The notes under the pieces were generated by a model, which saw nothing but the letters and a program-made list of their open reading frames with translations, searched no databases and had not been told where the DNA came from. From an uncultured Verrucomicrobiae bacterium (GTDB lineage: Bacteria > Verrucomicrobiota > Verrucomicrobiia > Limisphaerales > Palsa-1400): DNA of 64,000 nt. Each line of letters begins with the position of its first letter. The stretch's first letter is position 1. Of the stretch, positions 20,392 through 30,901 are shown piece by piece. Where the stretch lies: NCBI GenBank assembly GCA_963702845.1, contig OY969763.1, positions 5,600,001 to 5,664,000 on the forward strand. The letters are read 5' to 3'. Made by a program: the position numbers and the translations under genes.

Positions 20392-21576
20392 CTATTTTCT
20401 TAGACGGAAATACTGCGGCACTGGTGACATCGGCAACGCCACGACAAATTGCGAACCGCTGTTGGCCGGTGAATTCGTCACCGCGCTCCAGTTGTTGGTC
20501 GATGAAAGATTGGTCGACGTTTGCAGGCTAAAGCCGGTCGATGGAGTGGGCCACGCGATTTGAATTTGGGTGCTCGTGTTGGTTATCTGCAACGTCGGAA
20601 CCGGCACGGGCTGCGTTGCCAGCCACAATGACGCGTTTAAAATGAGAATGCCTGCGGTCGTGCTGGAATCGGCGTAGCCCTGGCTGAAAAACAATGAGTC
20701 GCCGGGGTCGCCTGTGCCGTCGTCAAATGGCGAACTGTCGCCCGAAGCGACGACTTTGCCGCTGCCATACGTCGCATAGACGATCACGCCATTGTTATTG
20801 CCGTGTGTAGAACTGCTCCACATCGCAATTCTGGCACTTGAATTTTGCGCGGTATTAATCGTGATGCTTGAGCCGTTGTTATACGGGAAGTCGACGCCGG
20901 TTCCGGTCGGCCCATGCGTGATAGGATCTGACGCGTTGGAATCGGCCTGCGCAAAGTCACCAGTGAGATTGTCGCCGTTGAAAGAAATGCCGAACGGATT
21001 GTTCGCGACCGAATTTGTCATCAGGGCGTTGAGCACCTGAACGGCATCTGCGCCGTCGTTATTGCGATCGGACGCTCCATGGTCGGATACGATAAACAAA
21101 CCGCCGCCGTCATGAACGAAACTCACAATGGCAGCCTTTTCAGTCGCTGTGAAAAGTATATTCGGTTCGACAAGCACGAACACATTGTAATTGGTAAGGT
21201 CCTGTGGATTGGTGCCGTCCTTGTAAGTGATGTGACCGTTGTAAGGCAACGTTTCGATGCTGTGCCCGTGCTTCACCAAATCGACCGCCCACGCCGAAAG
21301 GGCGCCTTCCCAATATGTTTCCGCCGTGTTCGCGGTGATGCCCGAGGCTGCAGGCGTGGGATAGCGTTGCGGATTGGATTCGGAACCGGCTCCGGGTGTG
21401 CCCGAGCCATCGCTCGCGGCGCTAATTTTTAAATTGTGCAGATCGGCATCGATGACCCAGTCGGCATTGCCGGCCATTTCAGCCTTGGTCGCGTCAAAGA
21501 GAAAAACGGCGGCAGAACATGGGATGGCAGCCGTAATAAGTAAGACGAAAGCAAGGGCAAAGGACAACGACCGCAT
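20392..21576 (-). CDS. Secreted GATase1-like domain protein with conserved C-terminal module
   Basis: Signal peptide, FLFDATKAEMAGNADW, FVHDGGGLFIVSDH, GKVVASGDSS; ends in ...W...YFRL. Confidence 0.7.
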   Translation of the reverse strand: MRSLSFALAFVLLITAAIPCSAAVFLFDATKAEMAGNADWVIDADLHNLKISAASDGSGTPGAGSESNPQRYPTPAASGITANTAETYWEGALSAWAVDLVKHGHSIETLPYNGHITYKDGTNPQDLTNYNVFVLVEPNILFTATEKAAIVSFVHDGGGLFIVSDHGASDRNNDGADAVQVLNALMTNSVANNPFGISFNGDNLTGDFAQADSNASDPITHGPTGTGVDFPYNNGSSITINTAQNSSARIAMWSSSTHGNNNGVIVYATYGSGKVVASGDSSPFDDGTGDPGDSLFFSQGYADSSTTAGILILNASLWLATQPVPVPTLQITNTSTQIQIAWPTPSTGFSLQTSTNLSSTNNWSAVTNSPANSGSQFVVALPMSPVPQYFRLRK

Positions 21577-21707
21577 CTGGCGATTTTGGGCTAAATTCCC
21601 ATCAACTTCAATGTTTCCCAGCGCAAAGTTAGGTCATCTGGATAAGTGAGCGCGCCAAAAGCTTTGCCATTGCCCCGTTAGCCGATTATATACACCCAAC
21701 TAAATTT

Positions 21708-24700
21708 ATGCCGCCACGCGACGATTCTGCCTCAAAACCAACGGGCCATAGTTCGGGACTAGCCACTCGGACTGGGAAAAAACTTCTCGTCGCCAACCGC
21801 AGCGAAATCGCCATTCGCGTTTTTCGTGCCGCCACCGAACTCGGCTTGCGCACCGTCGCGATTTACGCGCAGGAAGATCGCCTCAGCATTCATCGTTTTA
21901 AAGCGGACGAAGCGTATCTGGTTGGCGTCGGCAAAGGGCCGGTCGGCGCTTATCTCGACATCCCCGGAATCGTGGCGCTCGCGAAGGAGCATCAAGTCGA
22001 TCTCATTCATCCTGGTTACGGTTTTCTTGCTGAGAACGCTGAGTTCGCCCGCGCTTGTCGTGCGGCAGGCATTGAGTTCGTTGGCCCGCGCGCGGATTTG
22101 CTGGAGTTGATGGGTGACAAAGTTGCCGCGCGCGCCCTCGCCAAACGTGTCGGCGTGCCAACACTTCCCGGCACGGAAGAGCCTGTCGAAGACCGCACCA
22201 AGGCGTTGAAGATCGCCAAAGAAATTGGGTTCCCGCTGATTATTAAAGCGGCATTCGGCGGCGGCGGTCGCGGCATGCGCGTTGTCCACAAAGCCGAAGA
22301 TCTCGAACATCTTCTCGATGAAGCTCAAGGCGAAGCCGGCCGCGCATTCGGTAATCCGGCGGTTTTCCTCGAAAAATACATTCCGCGCGCCAAGCACATC
22401 GAAGTGCAGATTTTGGGTGACCGTCACGGCAACGTGCTCCATTTGCATGAGCGCGATTGCTCGGTCCAACGCCGTCACCAAAAGGTTGTCGAGATTGCTC
22501 CATCAGTTGGCCTTGACGACAAGGTCCGTCGCGAACTTTGCGAAGCGTCCGTCCACATGGCGCGCGAAGCCAAATACGACAACGCCGGCACCGTCGAGTT
22601 CCTTTACGATATCGATTCGAAAAATTGGTATTTCATCGAAGTCAATCCGCGCATCCAGGTCGAACACACCGTCACTGAAGTCATCACTGGCGTTGACCTC
22701 GTGCGCTCGCAGATTTTGATCGCGCAAGGCCACACCTTGCACGACGCCCAGGTCAATCTTCCGCAACAAGGTCAGATTCCGCGCATCGGCTGCGCTGTCC
22801 AATGCCGCGTCACGACCGAGGATCCGGAAAATAAATTTACTCCCGACTACGGCAAGATTCTCAATTATCGTTCGGCTGGTGGGCTCGGCATTCGTCTCGA
22901 CGGCGGCATGGGCGATTCCGGTTCTGTTATCACGCCGTTTTACGATTCCTTGCTCGTCAAAATTACAGCTTCGGGCGCCAGTTTCGAAATGGCACTCGCG
23001 CGCATGGATCGTGCGTTGCGCGAATTCCGTATCCGCGGCGTCAAGACGAACATCCCGTTTCTCGAAAACGTTATCTCCAATCCAATTTTTCTTTCCGGTC
23101 AGGCAACAACGACCTTGATCGATACCACGCCGGAATTATTCACGTTCAAAGGACGCCGCGATCGTGCGACCAAACTTTTGAATTTCCTTTCCGACGTTGT
23201 CGTTAACGGCAATCCGACGGCCAAAGGTTACGTGCCCAAAAGCGCTCTGCTCTCCGCGACCGCGCCGTATAGCGATCGCAAACAAACTCCGCCCGCAGGC
23301 ACGCGCCAGTTGTTGTTGGAACTTGGGCCCAAAAAATTTGCCGAGTGGACACGCAAACAAAAGCGTCTTCTCATCACCGACACGACCTTCCGCGACGGCC
23401 ATCAATCCTTGCTCGCGACCCGCGTTCGCACCTATGACATGCTGGAGATTGCCGACGCTGTCGCGCGACTCACGCCTAAATTGTTCAGCCTCGAAATGTG
23501 GGGCGGTGCGACCTTCGACACGTCCATGCGTTTCCTCCATGAAGATCCGTGGGAACGTCTTCGCCAACTGCGTGCCCGCATTCCGAACATCTGTTTCCAG
23601 ATGCTTTTCCGCGGTTCCAATGCCGTCGGCTACTCAAATTATCCCGACAATGTTTGCGCCGGGTTCGTCAAACACGCCGCCGCAAATGGCATCGATATTT
23701 TCCGGATTTTCGATTCGCTCAACTACGCGCCGAATTTGAAAGTCGCCATGGAAGCCGTGCAAGACACGCACGCCATTTGCGAAGCAGCGATCTGTTACAC
23801 GGGCGACATCCTTGATCCGAAGCGCACGAAGTATTCGCTCAAATATTACATCAATTTCGCGAAGGAATTGGAAAAGATGGGCGCGCACTTCCTCGCCATC
23901 AAAGACATGGCCGGTCTCTGCCGTCCGTTCGCGGCTTATACTTTGGTCAAAGCGCTGAAGGAAGAAGTCGGCCTGCCAATCCATTTCCACACGCACGACA
24001 CCAGCGGCATCAACTCCGGTTCGATCGTCAAAGCGAGCGAAGCGAACGTCGACGTTGTAGATCTAGCGATCGCTTCGATGAGCGGTTCGACCAGCCAGCC
24101 GAACTTAAACGCCATCGTCGCCACGCTCGCCAACACCCCGCGCGACACAGGTCTGGACCTCAATGCGCTGAACAAGTTTTCCGATTATTGGGAGCACGTC
24201 ACCACGTTCTACGCTCCTTTCGACACCGCGCCGCGCAGTGGCAGCGCCGAAGTTTACGAGCACGAAATGCCCGGTGGCCAATACACCAATTTGAAGGAGC
24301 AGGCCGCGAGCATGGGCCTGGGCCAACGTTGGCACGAAATCGCCCGCACCTACGCCGAAGTCAACGAGCTGTTTGGCGACATCGTCAAGGTCACGCCGAG
24401 CAGCAAAGTCGTCGGCGACATGGCCATGTTCCTCATCACGCGCGGCATCAAGCCCGCCGATGTCTTGAATCTCGACCCCGGCACCACGCCGTTCCCCTCG
24501 TCCGTCATCGACATGTTAATGGGCAATCTCGGCCAACCGGTCGGCGGCTGGCCGAAGAAGGTGCAGAAAATTGTCCTCGGCGATCGCAAACCGTTACGCG
24601 GCCGCCCCGGCGCAAGCCTCAAGCCGTTGAACCTCGACAAAGTTCGCGACGAGGTTGCTGCAAAAACAAAACGCCCGGCCGGCGACGACGATCTCTACAG

Positions 24701-25214
24701 CCATCTAATGTATCCGGAAGTGTTCACCGAGTTCGCCCGATTCGCGCGCGACTACAGTGACGTCAGCGTCTTGCCGACGACTGCATTTTTCTACGGCCTC
24801 AAGCCCGGTGAAGAAATTTCTGTCGACATCGAAGAAGGCAAAACCCTTTTCATCAAACTGATCAACGTCGGCGCGCCCGACAAAGACGGCCGTCGCACCG
24901 TGACTTACGAGTTGAACGGCATGTCGCGCGAAGCAACCGTTGTCGACAAATCTCTCGGCATTAAAGCGAAAGCCCGCGCCAAAGCCGATCCAGCCGATCC
25001 ACAGCAACTCGGCGCACCGATCCCCGGCCTGATCACCGCGTTGTCTGCCACCGTCGGAGCGAAAGTCGCGAAAGGCGAAAAACTGGTCACTCTCGAAGCG
25101 ATGAAGATGCAGACTACCATTTACGCTGCGACAGACGGAACTGTGGATAAGGTTTTTGTCGCGGTTGGGGACACAGTGGAGAGCAAAGATTTGTTGGTGA
25201 AGCTGCGCGCCTGA
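21708..25214 (+). CDS. pyc: Pyruvate carboxylase
   Basis: LLVANRSEIA, HPGYGFLAEN, RDCSVQRRHQK, FRDGHQSL, HEMPGGQYTNL and the AMKM biotin site. Confidence 0.98.
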   Translation: MPPRDDSASKPTGHSSGLATRTGKKLLVANRSEIAIRVFRAATELGLRTVAIYAQEDRLSIHRFKADEAYLVGVGKGPVGAYLDIPGIVALAKEHQVDLIHPGYGFLAENAEFARACRAAGIEFVGPRADLLELMGDKVAARALAKRVGVPTLPGTEEPVEDRTKALKIAKEIGFPLIIKAAFGGGGRGMRVVHKAEDLEHLLDEAQGEAGRAFGNPAVFLEKYIPRAKHIEVQILGDRHGNVLHLHERDCSVQRRHQKVVEIAPSVGLDDKVRRELCEASVHMAREAKYDNAGTVEFLYDIDSKNWYFIEVNPRIQVEHTVTEVITGVDLVRSQILIAQGHTLHDAQVNLPQQGQIPRIGCAVQCRVTTEDPENKFTPDYGKILNYRSAGGLGIRLDGGMGDSGSVITPFYDSLLVKITASGASFEMALARMDRALREFRIRGVKTNIPFLENVISNPIFLSGQATTTLIDTTPELFTFKGRRDRATKLLNFLSDVVVNGNPTAKGYVPKSALLSATAPYSDRKQTPPAGTRQLLLELGPKKFAEWTRKQKRLLITDTTFRDGHQSLLATRVRTYDMLEIADAVARLTPKLFSLEMWGGATFDTSMRFLHEDPWERLRQLRARIPNICFQMLFRGSNAVGYSNYPDNVCAGFVKHAAANGIDIFRIFDSLNYAPNLKVAMEAVQDTHAICEAAICYTGDILDPKRTKYSLKYYINFAKELEKMGAHFLAIKDMAGLCRPFAAYTLVKALKEEVGLPIHFHTHDTSGINSGSIVKASEANVDVVDLAIASMSGSTSQPNLNAIVATLANTPRDTGLDLNALNKFSDYWEHVTTFYAPFDTAPRSGSAEVYEHEMPGGQYTNLKEQAASMGLGQRWHEIARTYAEVNELFGDIVKVTPSSKVVGDMAMFLITRGIKPADVLNLDPGTTPFPSSVIDMLMGNLGQPVGGWPKKVQKIVLGDRKPLRGRPGASLKPLNLDKVRDEVAAKTKRPAGDDDLYSHLMYPEVFTEFARFARDYSDVSVLPTTAFFYGLKPGEEISVDIEEGKTLFIKLINVGAPDKDGRRTVTYELNGMSREATVVDKSLGIKAKARAKADPADPQQLGAPIPGLITALSATVGAKVAKGEKLVTLEAMKMQTTIYAATDGTVDKVFVAVGDTVESKDLLVKLRA

Positions 25215-25215
25215 G

Positions 25216-26988
25216 CTATCTCAAGCCTGCTGGTTGATTGACCATTATGGGCCGGTGCACAGAACGCCAAACTTTCCGAAAAATCAGAAAAATGGGAGGA
25301 GCAGAGGTCACGATACCGAGGCCAATCCAAATGGCGGTCAGCAGATGATCGCCGCCACGGTTCTTTAGCCACTCCGGCATCGCGGGGCTCATCGCGAAAA
25401 GTTTGAAGCCCGCGAACCAGCCAAAGAATATTATTCCAGCGACAGCCAGCATCGGGAACAGCAACGCGTCAAACACCGCAAGACCCAAGCCATATATCGT
25501 CCCTGCCGATTGCCGAATCTTAGAAATCGCAACCCAGCCGCACAGGGTTACTCCAATCGGTGCGCTACCTGTGACAAGCAGGAGTATCCAATTTGATCGC
25601 AAGGCAAACCGCCATGTCGGCTCGATTGAAGTGTTCGAAGGAATTGGCATCGAGACTGTGTGCCAAAAAACTGGGATCAAAATGATCGGCACCATCAACA
25701 CAAACAACACAGCCCAGACGGCACCCATAATCGCCGACCGTGAAAAGTGTGGTGTTGCCGGCCAGTTCGCCCATCGCTCCGCGTTCTGCCCTGAAATGTG
25801 TTTCTGTTGAGCCCACCACGGGCGCGACTCATCGGCAGACTTCGCCGAAGCAGATGGAGCTTTGCTTTGAGCGCCCGGCGAGCTGACAACCGTCTCTACC
25901 TGGGTCTTCAGTTCACTTGCCTGCTGATACCGCAACTCCGGTTCTTTCTCCAACGTGCGCAAAACAATTTCATCGAGGCGAATGTCGATCTGGACCTTTT
26001 TCGATGGCGCAGGAAAACGCCCCAGCGGCAATTCGCCCGTGAGCATTTCGTAAAACACGACGCCGAGCGAATAAATATCCGCGCGGTGATCCACTTCGAG
26101 CGGCTTCTCCAATTGCTCCGGCGCCATGTATTGCGGCGTGCCCATCATGCCGCGGCTTTGCGTCAGGCCGAGACCGGTGATTTCGCGGCCCAACATTTTG
26201 GCCAGACCGAAATCAGCGATCTTCACGCGCCCCTTTTTATCGACGAGGATGTTTGCTGGTTTGATGTCACGATGAACGACGCCTTCGTCGTGCGCATATT
26301 GAAGCGCGTCGCAAATTTTTGGAACGATAGCAAACGCCTCTTCCGGCGTGAGTCGCTTCTTCGCGAATTGCATCTGCGACAGATTCAACCCGTCGACGAA
26401 TTCCATGACGAGATAGTAAAGCTCTCCGGCTTTCCCAGATTCGTAAACGGCGACAATGTTTGGATGGTTCAAGCGCGCGAGGGCGCGAGCTTCGCGCGCG
26501 AAACGTTCCGCGAATGCCGGGTCGCGACTGAGTTCAGGTGAAAGGATTTTCAGCGCAACAAATCGATCAAGCTGCGGCTGGCGTGCTTTGTAAACCATGC
26601 CCATGCCGCCCTGGCCGAGAAGTTCGATAATCTCGAATTGCGGAAAAACTTTTGTGATTTCCGAAATCGGCAGTGCTGAAGACCGATGGTCCGCAGCGCC
26701 TGCCGCCTGCGTTTCGAAAGCCGCCCGCGCAAGGCACTGCGGGCACAGCCCTTGCGGGGCATCCGGTGCCATTTCGGTTCGACACTGTGGACAGATGCGA
26801 CGTGTGGCCGATGGCATGATCGGAGGCGTTGCGTTGTTGGACGAACCGATGCGTCTCCAAAACATCACGATTACGACAATCGCCACAATCGCAAGCGTGG
26901 CCATCACCACTAACGAAAACAAAATGATGACTAGTTCCCCGCCGCTGAGCCCCAGGACGCCCATGATTGGATTCAATTGCATAACCAA
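25216..26988 (-). CDS. Membrane Ser/Thr protein kinase
   Basis: N-terminal TM, CPQC..CPQC, GQGGMG, HRDIKPAN, DFG, GTPQYMAPE; C-terminal TM helices. Confidence 0.93.
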   Translation of the reverse strand: MVMQLNPIMGVLGLSGGELVIILFSLVVMATLAIVAIVVIVMFWRRIGSSNNATPPIMPSATRRICPQCRTEMAPDAPQGLCPQCLARAAFETQAAGAADHRSSALPISEITKVFPQFEIIELLGQGGMGMVYKARQPQLDRFVALKILSPELSRDPAFAERFAREARALARLNHPNIVAVYESGKAGELYYLVMEFVDGLNLSQMQFAKKRLTPEEAFAIVPKICDALQYAHDEGVVHRDIKPANILVDKKGRVKIADFGLAKMLGREITGLGLTQSRGMMGTPQYMAPEQLEKPLEVDHRADIYSLGVVFYEMLTGELPLGRFPAPSKKVQIDIRLDEIVLRTLEKEPELRYQQASELKTQVETVVSSPGAQSKAPSASAKSADESRPWWAQQKHISGQNAERWANWPATPHFSRSAIMGAVWAVLFVLMVPIILIPVFWHTVSMPIPSNTSIEPTWRFALRSNWILLLVTGSAPIGVTLCGWVAISKIRQSAGTIYGLGLAVFDALLFPMLAVAGIIFFGWFAGFKLFAMSPAMPEWLKNRGGDHLLTAIWIGLGIVTSAPPIFLIFRKVWRSVHRPIMVNQPAGLR

Positions 26989-27032
26989 GTGTTTCCCGGC
27001 ATTCGATGCCGGAGTTTATCTCTTTCCACCCC

Positions 27033-27061
27033 TTACAGAAGAAAATCCGGTCGAAGGTTAC
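27033..27061 (-). promoter_or_regulatory. Candidate ECF-type promoter for the kinase gene
   Basis: Minus strand GTAACC...CTTCTGTAA between the sigma stop and the kinase start; AAC-containing -35-like box. Confidence 0.3.
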
Positions 27062-27082
27062 GAAGTTTTTTCAATTTGTTTG

Positions 27083-27853
27083 CTACGAGAGGCTGAGTGC
27101 GGAAAACAGATGCCTCAGTTCTTCTTCAACTTCCTCGCGCGTGTTTACCGTTTCCGCAATTTCCGATCGCAGCACTTCGCGGTAACGCTGCCGTAGGCGA
27201 TGAGCTGCCACTTTGATTGCGCCTTCGCTGCTATCGAGCCGTTTCGCGATCGTTGCGTAAGCGGCGCCTCCCTGATCCCCGCTGATCGTCGACTTTAATT
27301 CCTCGTACAGTTGCCGCTTGCCCTCAGATTCGTATTCGGCGGCCAATCGTTGTAACGTTCGGTCCAGCAAAGTCATTGCCCAACGCCGTTCGAAAATCTT
27401 GTCCGCGCTCAGGCTATCCGCTGGTTCGAAACGATACGTATTCTCCGCCGCATCCCGATCAATCGAGATCACCGTCTTGCCGCCTCCGCGCTTCTGCGCA
27501 TTCGCGCGGTCCCATTCGTTCGCTAAAAAATGTTTCAACGCCGCGACCAAAAACGATCGGAACTTCCCTTTGGCCTGATCGACGTCAGCGAGGTAATTGC
27601 GCTCGAGCAATCGCGCGAAAAACGCCTGCGTCAAATCCTCCGCATCGTGCGGATTGCGACCTTGCCGCCGCACGAAGGCATAGAGTGGATACCAATAATT
27701 CCGGCACAACGTCTCCAGTGCTTCGCTCGATTGCGGCGAATGCTGGTCACGCGCCGACAGAACCACCGACCATCGCGTCGCCGCGAATGGAGCGCGCCCG
27801 GAAGATTTAGGTTTAGTTGTGGTCACTGCTTGGGTTAGTTGGTCAGTCGACAC
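27083..27853 (-). CDS. ECF-type sigma-70 factor (kinase-associated type)
   Basis: FAATRWSVV, YWYPLYAF, DAEDLTQ, FRSFL, region-4 HTH YATIAKRL..SEGAIKVAAHRLR. Confidence 0.92.
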   Translation of the reverse strand: MSTDQLTQAVTTTKPKSSGRAPFAATRWSVVLSARDQHSPQSSEALETLCRNYWYPLYAFVRRQGRNPHDAEDLTQAFFARLLERNYLADVDQAKGKFRSFLVAALKHFLANEWDRANAQKRGGGKTVISIDRDAAENTYRFEPADSLSADKIFERRWAMTLLDRTLQRLAAEYESEGKRQLYEELKSTISGDQGGAAYATIAKRLDSSEGAIKVAAHRLRQRYREVLRSEIAETVNTREEVEEELRHLFSALSLS

Positions 27854-27926
27854 TAGAGAACGGCCTCACTAAGTTCAAACCGGATTTTGATTGAGACTTC
27901 TCCGCAACGTGCTCTCCTCTTGAACG

Positions 27927-28793
27927 ATGAACAAATTCACAACCACCATTTTGTTCGCTCTTATTCTCTGCACGTCCATGCGCGCCGCCGAATGCTTCGA
28001 GAAATACACCTTGGGTTATGACGCGCCGACCGACGCCAAACTCCAAGCCGCACTCGAAAAAATCGATTCCACACTCCGCACGCAACTCGAAATAAAACCG
28101 GACCAGCGCTCCGTCGGCATTCTCGACTTGAAAACCTGCCGCCTCGCCATGATCGATCCCGACCGTGGTGACTATGCTGCCAGCGTCGCCAAAGTCGGTA
28201 TTCTACTTGCCTATTTCCAGCTCCACCCCGAAGCGGCCACCAACATCGACCCCATCGCCAAACACGAACTCGGCCGCATGGCTAAAGCGTCCGACAACGA
28301 AATGGCCTCAAAATACTCCCACGAGCTCGGCCTCAAAAAAATCCAATCCATCCTGAACAGCTACGACCTCTACAATACCAACCACGGCGGCGGCATCTGG
28401 GTCGGCAAACATTACGGTAAAGGCACCGAACGGTTCGGCGACCCCATCGGCGACAACTCACATGCCGCGACCATTCGCCAACTCCTGCGCTACTTCCTCT
28501 GGCTCGAACAAGGCAAACTCGTTTCCCCCGCCGCGAGCAAAACCATGCGCGACATTTTCGCCTCTCCCGATATTCCGCATGACGACATCAAGTTCGTGAA
28601 AGGCCTCGCCGGTCGCAATCTGCAGATCATCCGCAAATGGGGCACCTGGCAGGATTGGCTCCACGACAGCGCCATCGTTACCGGCGCGAATCGTCATTAC
28701 ATTTTGGTCGCCATGACCCGCAACCCAAAAGGCGACGATTACCTCGTCGAACTCTCGAAACGAATCGACGACACGTTAAGCGCGTCTCAATAA
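27927..28793 (+). CDS. Class A beta-lactamase-related serine hydrolase
   Basis: Signal peptide; SxxK (ASVAK), SDN and KWG motifs. Confidence 0.85.
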   Translation: MNKFTTTILFALILCTSMRAAECFEKYTLGYDAPTDAKLQAALEKIDSTLRTQLEIKPDQRSVGILDLKTCRLAMIDPDRGDYAASVAKVGILLAYFQLHPEAATNIDPIAKHELGRMAKASDNEMASKYSHELGLKKIQSILNSYDLYNTNHGGGIWVGKHYGKGTERFGDPIGDNSHAATIRQLLRYFLWLEQGKLVSPAASKTMRDIFASPDIPHDDIKFVKGLAGRNLQIIRKWGTWQDWLHDSAIVTGANRHYILVAMTRNPKGDDYLVELSKRIDDTLSASQ

Positions 28794-28804
28794 TAATAAT
28801 AACT

Positions 28805-30859
28805 ATGAACCGTCTTCGGTCATTCATCGTATGCTTGTTACTGCCGTTGTGCATGCAGGCAAAGGACCTCTATCCCATTCGACCATTGTCGGAGAAAGAA
28901 TTGTTACAGACTTACACGATGATGCTGCGGGACGCCTGCCGACACGGCGACCAATTCTTTACCAATGTAGCCACTGATCCACGCATGGGCCGCTGGTACA
29001 CGGGGGCTAGCGGCGAGCAAGGCATTCGTCCCATGTGTGGAATGGTCCTGGCCAACGCCGCGCTTTTGAAATATTCCGACATCCTCACCCCAGCCGAACG
29101 CGAGGAATACAAAAGCAAAACTCTCGCCACACTCCGTTACCTTACCTCCACTCATGTGACCGGCACGCAAAAATGTCCCGACGGCAAGCCATGGGGCAAT
29201 CATTGGCAGTCCGCATTTTGGGACGCAACGGCCACTTTTGGCGCGTGGCTAATCTGGGACGATCTCGATGCCCAGTTACAAAAAGACGTCGAACGCGTCA
29301 TCGCTCACGAATCCGACCGCTTCCTCCCCACCAAACCGCCCGGTGGCAGTTTCAACGATACCAAAGCCGAAGAAAACGGTTGGAATCTCACCTGCATTGC
29401 CATGGCCGCGAACATGTTTCCCAATCATCCACACGCGTCGCAATGGAACCAAAAAGCCATCGAATACATGATGAACACTTTGTCCGCGCCGCAAGACGCC
29501 AAGGACAACACGATCGTCGACGGCCGTCCGGTCCGTGAATGGTTTTCCGGTGCCAATGTCCATTCCGACTTCACCTTGGAAAACCACGGCTTCTTTCATC
29601 CGTCTTACATCGCCTGCAGCTCCTATTTCCTGACGCAAACCGCGATGTATTACACCTACGCGCATCAATCCGTCCCGCAGGCGGCCAACCATCATCTCCT
29701 CGACACATGGCACCTGTACCAAAAATTCATCCTGCCCAATGGCGAAGCCGCCTATCCGCAAGGCATGGATTGGGAACTTCACAATTTGCCTTACTTTAAC
29801 CTATTCGCATCACTTGCCAGCTATCAGAAAGATCCGCTGGCTGCGCGCCTGGAGTCCCAATCGCTTCAACTCTTCCACGCCTGGCAAGAAATGTCTGACG
29901 ACGGTAGCCTCACCTTTCTTGGCTCGAGATTCGGCTTCACCCGACACGCCTGCACCATCGATCAGCTCACCTGGGCCTTTCTCGCCCACAAAATTTTCGG
30001 CCCAGCAACTCGGGAAGTTTCCGCGAAAAAAGCCGAATCGATCGTGGACGGCGTGCATTCTTACGATGACGTCAAACTCATCACCCAACGCAGCGACAAG
30101 GAATTCGTCTCATTTTCCTGGACCAACTACGTCATGGGCATGCTCGTCCCCATTGCCGCAGGCCACGAAACAAATCCGGACTTCACCGCTCCGATCCGCG
30201 ACGGATTCGTCGGCACCTTCGAACCTTTGCCGAAACGTTCGAAACCCGTCGCTATCGAACACAGTTGGAAAAAGACCAAAAAAGGATTTGAAACATCAGG
30301 AGTCCTGCTCCTGAACGACGGCGCTTTGAAACAACAGCTTGGCGTTACCACTGTTGGCAAACAAACCGTCGTCTATCAAGATCGCGTCACCGCCGTTCAC
30401 AACGTGAAAATCAACGAGGAACACGGCATCGCCCTCGGCATAGAAAATGACCAAATCACCGGTGGCACGAGAGTCGTTTACCATCAAAGCGGCTCAACCA
30501 CTTTCAACCAGGCTTCACCGCAAATCCCAACCGTCATTCCCGGTTCATGGGCAAACGTCGACAGCCGCCTCGGCCTCGTCATCATTTCCGGCTCCGGCAT
30601 ATGCTATAAGCAGGCCCAAGGCTATTCGCCCGGTATCTCGATTTGTCAGGACATCCTCTACGGTTCGTTCGCGGTTCATCCAGGACAGTTCAAAGCCGGC
30701 GAAGAAGTCGCCCACCGCGTCGCCATTCTTTGCGCCGAAGTCACTCCGGAACAAACCGCTGCCATTGCTCGATCCGCCCATTTGGAACAGCGCGGAAACA
30801 AACAAATCCTTCGCTTCAAGCTTCCCGAAGGCACATCCACGGAACTTCAATTGCAATAA
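28805..30859 (+). CDS. Large secreted hypothetical protein, possibly lyase-like
   Basis: Signal peptide MNRLRSFIVCLLLPLCMQA; helical N-half and beta-rich C-half; function uncertain. Confidence 0.6.
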   Translation: MNRLRSFIVCLLLPLCMQAKDLYPIRPLSEKELLQTYTMMLRDACRHGDQFFTNVATDPRMGRWYTGASGEQGIRPMCGMVLANAALLKYSDILTPAEREEYKSKTLATLRYLTSTHVTGTQKCPDGKPWGNHWQSAFWDATATFGAWLIWDDLDAQLQKDVERVIAHESDRFLPTKPPGGSFNDTKAEENGWNLTCIAMAANMFPNHPHASQWNQKAIEYMMNTLSAPQDAKDNTIVDGRPVREWFSGANVHSDFTLENHGFFHPSYIACSSYFLTQTAMYYTYAHQSVPQAANHHLLDTWHLYQKFILPNGEAAYPQGMDWELHNLPYFNLFASLASYQKDPLAARLESQSLQLFHAWQEMSDDGSLTFLGSRFGFTRHACTIDQLTWAFLAHKIFGPATREVSAKKAESIVDGVHSYDDVKLITQRSDKEFVSFSWTNYVMGMLVPIAAGHETNPDFTAPIRDGFVGTFEPLPKRSKPVAIEHSWKKTKKGFETSGVLLLNDGALKQQLGVTTVGKQTVVYQDRVTAVHNVKINEEHGIALGIENDQITGGTRVVYHQSGSTTFNQASPQIPTVIPGSWANVDSRLGLVIISGSGICYKQAQGYSPGISICQDILYGSFAVHPGQFKAGEEVAHRVAILCAEVTPEQTAAIARSAHLEQRGNKQILRFKLPEGTSTELQLQ

Positions 30860-30901
30860 AGTGCGTGTCACGCCGAGCCCGCGTAAACGTATTCGGCCTT
30901 C

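Noticed and set aside
27927..28793. Antibiotic-resistance beta-lactamase
   Set aside because: The motifs fit the broader serine-hydrolase family, and no clear class A omega-loop ExxLN motif is present.
28791..28802. Four tandem TAA codons
   Set aside because: A short microsatellite in the stop/spacer region with no evidence of function.
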